Below are positions 6,489 to 13,141 of a stretch of 24,000 bases of DNA, piece by piece. A program made the translations under genes and the position numbers. This DNA is from Conexibacter arvalis. Lineage in GTDB: Bacteria > Actinomycetota > Thermoleophilia > Solirubrobacterales > Solirubrobacteraceae. The notes under the pieces are model-generated. The model saw only the letters and a program-made list of their open reading frames with translations, was not told where the DNA came from and did no database searches. The stretch spans positions 295,255 to 319,254 of the forward strand of contig NZ_JACHNU010000005.1 of assembly GCF_014199525.1 (NCBI RefSeq). Reading direction: 5' to 3'. Within the stretch, counting starts at the first letter, position 1. Each line of letters starts with the position of its first letter.

Positions 6489-7003
6489 GCACCCAGACCG
6501 TGACCGCAACGTCGACCCCGCTGAAGATCCGCCGCCTCACCTACGCAGACCTCCCGCAGGTGATCGCGCTGGAGCGGCGCGCCTTCCCGACACCGTGGTC
6601 GCTGGCGATGTTCGTGCTGGAGCTGTCGAAGTCGTCGGGCGTCTGCCTCGCGGCGCTGCGCGACGGCGAGCTCGTCGGCCACATGATCTGCTCCCGCTAC
6701 GACACCGTCTGGCACCTGATGAACATCGCCGTCGACCCGGTCCAGCGCCGCCAGGGCGTCGCGACGGCGCTGCTGAACGAGCTGATCGAGCGGATCGGCG
6801 GCGCCGACGGCTCGGCGCAGATCACGCTCGAGGTGCGCCCCTCCAACAAGGGCGCGATCGCCCTCTACGAGCGCTTCGGCTTCCGCTCGGCCGGCCGGCG
6901 GCGCCGCTACTACCAGGACAACGGCGAGGACGCGCTCGTGATGTGGCGCACGCCCGCGACGCTCGCCGGCCGGCTCGACGACATCCCGAACGTCGCGTTG
7001 TGA
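6485..7003 (+). CDS. rimI: Ribosomal-protein-alanine N-acetyltransferase RimI (GNAT)
   Basis: Track ORF 6485..7003. IRRLTYADLPQVIALERRAFPTPWS, MNIAVDPVQRRQGVATALL (Q/RxxGxG/A acetyl-CoA motif), RPSNKGAIALYERFGF, YYQDNGEDALVM. It holds the canonical position between tsaB and tsaD. Confidence 0.85.
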   Translation: MSTQTVTATSTPLKIRRLTYADLPQVIALERRAFPTPWSLAMFVLELSKSSGVCLAALRDGELVGHMICSRYDTVWHLMNIAVDPVQRRQGVATALLNELIERIGGADGSAQITLEVRPSNKGAIALYERFGFRSAGRRRRYYQDNGEDALVMWRTPATLAGRLDDIPNVAL

Positions 7004-8040
7004 GCGAGCGCCCGAACCGAGACGGCGGCGGGCTGCTGCTCGCCATCGAGACCAGCTGCGACGACACCTGCGCGGCGGTCGTCGCGCGGGACGGCGAGAT
7101 CCGCTCGAACGTGATCTCCTCCCAGGGCGTCCACGACCGCTACGGCGGCGTCGTCCCCGAGGTCGCCTCGCGCCACCACCTCGAGCTGATCGAGACGGTC
7201 GTCGAGGACGCGCTGGCGCAGGCCGGCACGACGCTCCCGCAGCTCGACGGGATCGCCGTCACGCAGGGGCCGGGCCTCGTCGGCGCCCTGCTCGTCGGCG
7301 TCGCGACCGCCAAGGCGCTGGCGGCCGCGCACCGGCTCCCGCTGGTTCCCGTCGACCACCTCCACGGGCACGTCGCCGCCTCCTTCGTGCAGCCCGACCC
7401 GATCGAGCCGCCGTTCCTGATCCTGATCGCCAGCGGCGGCCACACGCTGCTCGCGCACGTCAAGGACCACGGCGCCAGGTGGGGGAGGGACGGCTCGATC
7501 GAGGTGCTCGGCTCGACCCGCGACGACGCCGCCGGCGAGGCGTTCGACAAGGGCGCGCGCCTGCTCGGCCTCGGCTATCCCGGCGGCCCGGCGCTCCAGC
7601 GGCTCGCCGCCGAGGGCGACCCGGAGGCGTTCGCCTTCCCCGTCGCGGCGCAGGTGCCCGGGCTCGACTTCTCCTTCTCGGGGCTGAAGACCGCGCTGCT
7701 CTACAAGACGCGCGAGCTGGGCGAGGAGGAGACGGAGCGCCGCCGGGCCGACCTCGCCGCCTCCTACCAGCGCGCGATCGTCGAGACGCTCGCGCGGCGG
7801 GTCGAGCGGGCGCGCGCGGAGACCGGCATCGAGCGGCTGGCGATCGGCGGCGGCGTCGCCGCCAACGGGCCGCTGCGCGAGCGGCTGCGCCGGCTCGCGC
7901 CCGACCTGCACGTGCCGCCGCGCGAGCTGTGCACCGACAACGCGGCGATGATCGCCTCGGCCGCCCGCTTCGCGCAGCCGGTCGCCTTCCCCGGTTATCT
8001 GTCGCTCGACGCCTACTCCTCCGGCGAGCGGGGCCTGTGA
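7000..8040 (+). CDS. tsaD: tRNA N6-adenosine threonylcarbamoyltransferase TsaD (Kae1/Qri7/YgjD family)
   Basis: In frame with track ORF 6412..8040. GTG 7000 overlaps the rimI stop (GTGA). LLLAIETSCDDTCAAVV, GVVPEVASRHH, AVTQGPGLVGALLVG, VDHLHGH (metal-binding His pair), SGGHT, AGEAFDKGARLLGLGYPGGP, GGGVAAN, CTDNAAMIA. Confidence 0.95.
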   Translation: MSERPNRDGGGLLLAIETSCDDTCAAVVARDGEIRSNVISSQGVHDRYGGVVPEVASRHHLELIETVVEDALAQAGTTLPQLDGIAVTQGPGLVGALLVGVATAKALAAAHRLPLVPVDHLHGHVAASFVQPDPIEPPFLILIASGGHTLLAHVKDHGARWGRDGSIEVLGSTRDDAAGEAFDKGARLLGLGYPGGPALQRLAAEGDPEAFAFPVAAQVPGLDFSFSGLKTALLYKTRELGEEETERRRADLAASYQRAIVETLARRVERARAETGIERLAIGGGVAANGPLRERLRRLAPDLHVPPRELCTDNAAMIASAARFAQPVAFPGYLSLDAYSSGERGL

Positions 8041-8276
8041 GCCGCACCGTCGTCCTCTACGGCCGCCCTGGCTGCCACCTCTGCGACGATGCGCGCGAGA
8101 CGCTCGAGCGGCTGCGGGCCGAGCTGGCGTTCGCGCTGGAGGAGCGCGACATCGAGCAGGACGACGAGCTCCACCGGCGATACCTGGAGCGGATCCCGGT
8201 CGTCGCGCTCGACGGCGAGGAGCTGTTCGACTGGTTCGTCGACGAGGACGAGCTGCGGCGGCGGCTGGCCGCGTGA
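8037..8276 (+). CDS. Small glutaredoxin-like protein (thioredoxin fold, CxxC; DUF836/YruB-like)
   Basis: In frame with track ORF 7479..8276. GTG 8037 overlaps the tsaD stop (GTGA). VVLYGRPGCHLCDDARETL...IPVVALDGEELF is the classic short glutaredoxin-like layout (beta1-CxxC-alpha1 ... cis-Pro region). Confidence 0.6.
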   Translation: MSRTVVLYGRPGCHLCDDARETLERLRAELAFALEERDIEQDDELHRRYLERIPVVALDGEELFDWFVDEDELRRRLAA

Positions 8277-8322
8277 CGGGCAGAGGACGGCTCCGGCGAC
8301 CGCGCCGGTACAGTGAGGTGCG

Positions 8323-8988
8323 ATGAGCTCCATGATCGAGAACGACGCCGAGACCCCGTTCGGGAAGGTCGGGGACAAGCTGACGCTCGGCGTCGCGGCT
8401 CGCCTGTCGCGCTACCTGCAGGTGCTGACGCAGGCGAAGAAGATGGGCAAGGAGACGATCTCCTCCCAGGAGCTCTCCGACTACACGCACGTCAACTCGA
8501 CGCAGATCCGGCGCGACCTCTCCGGCTTCGGCAAGTTCGGCAAGCGCGGCGTCGGCTACAACGTCGACTCGCTCGTCTCGCAGATCCGCAAGATCCTGCG
8601 CACGTCGGGCCAGCACAACATCGCGCTGTTCGGCGCCGGCCACCTCGGCCGCGCGATCGCCAGCTCCGACATCTTCGCCGACCACGGCTTCCGCGTCGTC
8701 GCGATCTTCGACAACGACCCGGGGAAGATCGGCGAGCTGGTCGGCACCCACCGCGTCCGTCCGGCCGGCGACCTGCGCGCGGTCGTCGACGAGGAGGACA
8801 TCGTCGTCGCCGTCCTCGCCGTCCCGACCGCCGCCGCGCAGATGCTCGCCGACGACCTCGTCTCCGCCGGCGTCAAGATCATCTTCAACTACTCCGAGGC
8901 GCTGCTGCAGGTCCCGCCGGAGGTGACCGTGCACACCTCGAGCCCCGCGGTCGACCTGCTCTACGCGCTCTACTTCTACCTCACCTGA
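8323..8988 (+). CDS. rex: Redox-sensing transcriptional repressor Rex (NADH/NAD+ sensor)
   Basis: Track ORF 8323..8988. RLSRYLQVL, ISSQELSDYTHVNSTQIRRDLSGFGKFGKRGVGYNV (winged helix), ALFGAGHLGRAI (Rossmann GxGxxG), KIIFNYS. It matches the Rex family end to end. Confidence 0.9.
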   Translation: MSSMIENDAETPFGKVGDKLTLGVAARLSRYLQVLTQAKKMGKETISSQELSDYTHVNSTQIRRDLSGFGKFGKRGVGYNVDSLVSQIRKILRTSGQHNIALFGAGHLGRAIASSDIFADHGFRVVAIFDNDPGKIGELVGTHRVRPAGDLRAVVDEEDIVVAVLAVPTAAAQMLADDLVSAGVKIIFNYSEALLQVPPEVTVHTSSPAVDLLYALYFYLT

Positions 8989-9025
8989 GGCCGCGCGCCG
9001 CAGGCCTCCGACGGTCCGCAGACCG

Positions 9026-10171
9026 ATGAGCATCGACTTCGCCAACGCCCGCCGCGTCTTCGAGGAATCGACCGACTTCACCGTCGGCCTCGAGGAGGAG
9101 TTCGCCGTCCTCGACGCCGGCTCGCTGGCGCTCGTCCCGCGCTTCGAGGAGCTGCGCGACGCCGCCGGCGCCGACCCGCTGATGGCCGAGTCGATAGCCG
9201 GCGAGCTGATCTCCTCCGAGATCGAGATCCGCTCCGGCCGGGGTGCCGACCTCGCCGACGCCCGCGCCCGCCAGCACGAGCGCCGGCGGCGGCTGTTCGC
9301 GCTCGCCGTCGAGCGGGGGATCGCGCTCGGCGCGACCGGCACCCACCCGTTCTCCGACTACCGCGACCAGCGGATCATCGACACGGAGCACTACCACCGC
9401 GTCGAGGAGGGGCTGAAGTACGTCGCGTGGCGCAACAACACCTTCTCGCTCCACGTCCACGTCGGGGTCCGCGGCGCCGACCGCGCGATCCAGGTCTGCG
9501 ACCGGCTCCGTCCCGTGCTGCCGCTGCTGCTGGCGATCTCGGCCAACTCGCCGTACGTCGACGGGCGCGACTCGGGCCTCCACAGCGCGCGCACGCAGAC
9601 GTTCACGAAGTCGTTCCCGCGCTGCGGCGTCCCCGACGCGTTCGGCTCGTGGAGCGCGTTCGAGCAATACCTCGACTTCCTGCTGAAGACCAACTCGATC
9701 GTCGAGTACACGCAGGTCTGGTGGTCGGTCCGGCCGCACCTCTCCTACGGCACCGTCGAGGTGCGGATCTGCGACGCCCAGTCGACCGCCGGCGAGTCCG
9801 ACGCGCTGGCGGCGCTGATCGTCGCCTGCGTCGCGCAGGCGGCACGCGACGTCGAGGAGGGCGTCCCGTTCGTCGACCCGGCGCCGCGGCTGATCGAGGA
9901 GAACATGTGGCGGGCGATCCGCCACGGCCTCGACGCCCCGCTGATCGACCTCGAGCGCGCCGTCGAGTTCCCTGGCGCGGCCGCGCTCGAGCGCCTGCTC
10001 GCGTGGACGGCGCCGCTGCGCGCCGAGCTCGGCATCGAGGTCGCGCTGCCCGAGTTGAACGGCGCCCAGCGCCAACGGCGCATGATCGACGCCGGAGCGG
10101 GCATCGAAGAGGTCTACGCGGCGACCGTCCGCGACACCCGCGAGACATACGCCCAGGAGGTGATCGTGTGA
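9026..10171 (+). CDS. ybdK: Carboxylate-amine ligase, YbdK / glutamate-cysteine ligase family 2 (GCS2)
   Basis: Track ORF 9026..10171. FTVGLEEEFAVLD, GELISSEIEIRS, GTHPF, SLHVHVGV, LLAISANSPY, GLHSARTQTF, WWSVRPH...GTVEVRICDAQ are the hallmark GCS2 motifs. Confidence 0.9.
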   Translation: MSIDFANARRVFEESTDFTVGLEEEFAVLDAGSLALVPRFEELRDAAGADPLMAESIAGELISSEIEIRSGRGADLADARARQHERRRRLFALAVERGIALGATGTHPFSDYRDQRIIDTEHYHRVEEGLKYVAWRNNTFSLHVHVGVRGADRAIQVCDRLRPVLPLLLAISANSPYVDGRDSGLHSARTQTFTKSFPRCGVPDAFGSWSAFEQYLDFLLKTNSIVEYTQVWWSVRPHLSYGTVEVRICDAQSTAGESDALAALIVACVAQAARDVEEGVPFVDPAPRLIEENMWRAIRHGLDAPLIDLERAVEFPGAAALERLLAWTAPLRAELGIEVALPELNGAQRQRRMIDAGAGIEEVYAATVRDTRETYAQEVIV

Positions 10172-10671
10172 GCGCAGAGGATCCGCAGCGTCAACCGACC
10201 GAAGAGGAGATGCGCGCCGCGCTCCAGGAGGAGCTGAAGAAGGTGCGCGTCGAGCAGGTCGTGCTGGAGGCGGCCGTCTCGATCCTCAACGTCACCGTCA
10301 TGCGCGCCGGGCTGGTGCCCGGCAGTGAGAGAGAGCGCGACCTCGACCAGGTCCGCGTCGGCATCGAGGGCGTCCGCTCGCTGCTGCCGCTCGTCGACCT
10401 GATCGCCGGCGAGCAGGCGAGACCGATCCGCGACGCGCTCTCCCAGCTGCAGCTCGCGTACGTGCAGGCGACCGAGCAGGGCGGCGCGACCGCCGGCGAG
10501 AGCCCGGCCGGCGCGCCGGGCGGCCCCGGCGGACCGGCCGCGCCGCAGCAGCCGCCGGCCGGTTCCGAGCCGGGCGCCGGCGCCGGCGCCGCGCCGCAGC
10601 CGCCGCAGCCGAGACCCGAGGGGCCGGGCCCGGCGCAGAGAAGCGGACGGCTCTGGGTTCCGGGGCAGTAG
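10168..10671 (+). CDS. Hypothetical protein: about 105-aa helical N-domain plus Gly/Pro/Ala-rich tail ending RLWVPGQ
   Basis: In frame with track ORF 9427..10671. GTG 10168 overlaps the ybdK stop (GTGTGA). No motif I can assign. The coding call rests on translational coupling, a plausible amphipathic sequence (EEMRAALQEELKKVRVEQVVLEAAVSILNV...) and the absence of a competing credible ORF. Confidence 0.5.
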   Translation: MSAEDPQRQPTEEEMRAALQEELKKVRVEQVVLEAAVSILNVTVMRAGLVPGSERERDLDQVRVGIEGVRSLLPLVDLIAGEQARPIRDALSQLQLAYVQATEQGGATAGESPAGAPGGPGGPAAPQQPPAGSEPGAGAGAAPQPPQPRPEGPGPAQRSGRLWVPGQ

Positions 10672-10740
10672 CGCTCCGAGAACCGCTGCGAGATCGCTCC
10701 AAACACGCGCCGAACGCGCGCTGACACACGCGGTTGAGAC

Positions 10741-10771
10741 TTGACCGCACGTCCATGACGTGCGGTAGGCT
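10741..10771 (+). promoter_or_regulatory. Putative hppA promoter (TTGACC-N19-TAGGCT) with an embedded perfect palindrome (candidate operator)
   Basis: ttgacc at 10741..10746 and taggct (TAnnnT) at 10766..10771. Between them, accgcacgtc-cat-gacgtgcggt (10744..10766) is a perfect 10-bp-arm inverted repeat. The 19-nt spacer is longer than optimal, so the promoter call is tentative. Confidence 0.35.
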
Positions 10772-10885
10772 CGCGCCCGCCTGATCGAGGTCGTGGAGAG
10801 CCTCGTCGCCGCGGCTTCGTCGCCTTGCCCGGCGCGCTGACCTGGCGTGCCGTCGTCGTTCAACTGAATCTGGAGGATCATCGTC

Positions 10886-12952
10886 TTGTCCAGTTTCCTG
10901 ACCGACCACGGCGTACTCGTCGCACTGGCGTGCGCAGCCTGCGCGCTGGTCTACGGCGCCGTCACCGTGCGGCAGCTGCTCGCGCTCTCGCCGGGCAACG
11001 AGCGGATGCGATCGATCTCCGGCGCGGTCCAGGAGGGCGCCTCCGCCTACCTCAACCGCCAGTACACGACGATCGGGATCGTCGGCGTCGTGCTGTTCGT
11101 CGCGCTGATCTTCATCCAGGACATCTGGGTCGCGATCGGCTTCGCGATCGGCGGGCTCTCCTCGGCGGCGGCCGGGTACATCGGCATGAACGTCTCGGTG
11201 CGCGCGAACGCGCGCGTCGCCGAGGCCGCGCGCGAGGGCGTGCCGAAGGCGCTCAGCGTCGCCTTCCGCGGCGGCGCGGTGACGGGGCTGCTCGTCGTCG
11301 GCCTGGCGCTCGTCGGCGTCGCCGCGTACTACGGGATCCTCACCGCCTGGGTCGACCAGACGCCGAAGGAGGCCGTCGACGCGCTGATCGGCCTCGGCTT
11401 CGGCGGCTCGCTGATCTCGGTCTTCGCGCGGCTCGGCGGCGGCATCTTCACGAAGGGCGCCGACGTCGGCGCCGACCTCGTCGGCAAGATCGAGGCCGGC
11501 ATCCCGGAGGACGACCCGCGCAACCCGGCGGTGATCGCCGACAACGTCGGCGACAACGTCGGCGACTGCGCCGGCATGGCCGCCGACCTGTTCGAGACCT
11601 ACGCGGTGACGGCGGTCGCGGTGATGCTGCTCGGCGTCCTCACCTTCCAGGAGGCGAGCGCGGTCGCGATCTACCCGCTCGTGATCGGCGCCGTTTCGAT
11701 CATCGCCTCGATCATCGGCACCTACTTCGTCCGCTCGGCGAGCGGCAACGTCGAGAACGCGCTCTACAAGGGGCTGATCGTCTCCGGCGTGCTGGCGGCG
11801 GCGGCCTTCTACCCGATCACGAACTGGCTGATGGACGACCTCTCGGCGATCGACGCCGGCGACATGGCGCCGTCGGTCGGCGAGCTGTACGTCTGCTCGC
11901 TGATCGGCCTCGCCGTCACCGGCCTGCTGTTCGTGATCACCGACTACTACACCTCGACGCGCTTCTCGCCGGTCAAGTCGACCGCGAGAGCGTCGGAGAC
12001 CGGCCACGCGACGAACATCATCCAGGGGCTCGCGCAGGGCTTCCAGTCGACCGCCGCGCCGGCGCTCGTGATCGCGCTCGGGATCCTGTGGGCCAACGAC
12101 CTCGCCGGCATCTACGGGATCGGCGTCGCGGTGATGGCGCAGCTGTCGCTGACCGGGCTGATCGTCGCGCTCGACGCCTTCGGGCCGATCACCGACAACG
12201 CCGGCGGGATCGCCGAGATGGCCGATCTGCCCGAGGAGGTCCGCAACGTGACCGACCCGCTCGACGCCGTCGGCAACACGACGAAGGCGGTCACGAAGGG
12301 CTACGCGATCGGCTCGGCCGCGCTCGCCGCGCTCGTCCTCTTCGCCGCCTTCGAGCACGAGCTCGACGTGGCGCTCAGCGACGCCGGCGAGGCGAGCGTC
12401 TCCTACGCGCTCGGCGACCCGGCGGTGCTGATCGGGCTGCTGATCGGCGGCATGATGGTCTACCTCTTCGCCGCCCTCTCGATGGAGGCGGTCGGCCGCG
12501 CCGGCGGCGCCGTCGTCGAGGAGGTCCGCCGCCAGTTCCGCGAGCGGCCGGGGATCATGGACGGCTCCCAGCAGCCCGAGTACGGCACCTGCGTCGACAT
12601 CGTGACGCGCTCGGCGCAGCGGGAGATGATCCTGCCGTCGCTGATCCCGATCGTGATCACCCTGGTCGTCGGCCTGCTGTCGGTCGAGGCGCTCGGCGGC
12701 CTGCTGATCGGCGTGATCGTCGTCGGCCTCTTCATGGCCGTCTCGATGACCTCCGGCGGCGGCGCGTGGGACAACGCGAAGAAGCTGATCGAGGACGGCG
12801 CCTTCGGCGGCAAGGGCTCGGAGGCCCATGCCGCGGCGGTCACCGGCGACACGGTCGGCGACCCCTACAAGGACACCGCAGGCCCGGCGATCAACCCGAT
12901 GATCAAGGTCGCCAACATCGTCGCGATCCTGATCATCCCGCTGATCGTGTGA
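10886..12952 (+). CDS. hppA: Membrane-integral H+-translocating pyrophosphatase (M-PPase), K+-independent-type signature
   Basis: Track ORF 10886..12952. TTG start preceded by GGAGGA at 10873..10878. [73 protein letters not shown] and [21 protein letters not shown] are diagnostic M-PPase motifs. GNTTKA carries Lys (codon 12284..12286) rather than Ala. Confidence 0.95.
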   Translation: MSSFLTDHGVLVALACAACALVYGAVTVRQLLALSPGNERMRSISGAVQEGASAYLNRQYTTIGIVGVVLFVALIFIQDIWVAIGFAIGGLSSAAAGYIGMNVSVRANARVAEAAREGVPKALSVAFRGGAVTGLLVVGLALVGVAAYYGILTAWVDQTPKEAVDALIGLGFGGSLISVFARLGGGIFTKGADVGADLVGKIEAGIPEDDPRNPAVIADNVGDNVGDCAGMAADLFETYAVTAVAVMLLGVLTFQEASAVAIYPLVIGAVSIIASIIGTYFVRSASGNVENALYKGLIVSGVLAAAAFYPITNWLMDDLSAIDAGDMAPSVGELYVCSLIGLAVTGLLFVITDYYTSTRFSPVKSTARASETGHATNIIQGLAQGFQSTAAPALVIALGILWANDLAGIYGIGVAVMAQLSLTGLIVALDAFGPITDNAGGIAEMADLPEEVRNVTDPLDAVGNTTKAVTKGYAIGSAALAALVLFAAFEHELDVALSDAGEASVSYALGDPAVLIGLLIGGMMVYLFAALSMEAVGRAGGAVVEEVRRQFRERPGIMDGSQQPEYGTCVDIVTRSAQREMILPSLIPIVITLVVGLLSVEALGGLLIGVIVVGLFMAVSMTSGGGAWDNAKKLIEDGAFGGKGSEAHAAAVTGDTVGDPYKDTAGPAINPMIKVANIVAILIIPLIV

Positions 12953-12963
12953 GGTCGGGAAAC

Positions 12964-12985
12964 GGGGTGCGGACAGCCGCACCCC
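12964..12985 (+). terminator. GC-rich stem-loop 12 nt after the hppA stop (GGGGTGCGG-acag-CCGCACCCC); candidate intrinsic terminator without U-tract
   Basis: 9-bp perfect stem read directly (12964..12972 pairs with 12977..12985). No T-run follows, so terminator function is an inference. Confidence 0.35.
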
Positions 12986-13108
12986 GGCCCGGGGGCGCCG
13001 ACCGCCCCCGCCGGAGGGTACGGGCAGCCGCACCCGCTCCGGGGGCGCCGACCGCCCCCGCCGGAGGGTACGGGCAGCCGCACCCGCTCCGGGGGCGGTC
13101 GGGGGTGG
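12964..13108. repeat. Intergenic tandem repeat: exact 50-bp unit x2 (12991..13040 = 13041..13090) flanked by partial copies, each unit holding two hairpins
   Basis: The unit is gggggcgccgaccgcccccgccggagggtacgggcagccgcacccgctcc, and the two copies are identical. Each contains GGGGGCG-ccgac-CGCCCCC (7-bp stem) and GGGTACGG-gcag-CCGCACCC (imperfect stem related to the 12964 hairpin). Confidence 0.85.
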
Positions 13109-13141
13109 CTTCCGGCGAGCCGGTCGAGTAGACATCACCTC

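Noticed and set aside
6910-9342. 810-aa minus-strand ORF antisense to tsaD, the glutaredoxin-like gene, rex and ybdK
   Set aside because: No motifs, and it overlaps four + strand genes with strong family signatures.
8277-10885. Rex operator (TTGTGAA-N4-TTCACAA) upstream of rex, ybdK or hppA
   Set aside because: I scanned by eye and found no convincing TGTGAA/TTCACA inverted pair. Isolated ttcacg/gtgaaa hits (such as 9601 and 14898) lack a partner half-site. A PWM scan is needed before claiming absence.
12865-13083. 72-aa minus-strand ORF (and + frame read-through 10825..13131) across the tandem repeat
   Set aside because: The sequence is produced by the repeat itself (GGGGRRPR, PGPGCGCP), with no start context. 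It is most simply non-coding.
12991-13090. Possible CRISPR array
   Set aside because: The 50-bp units are directly abutting with no unique spacers, there are only about 2.7 copies, and no cas genes occur in the window. It is a tandem repeat, not CRISPR.
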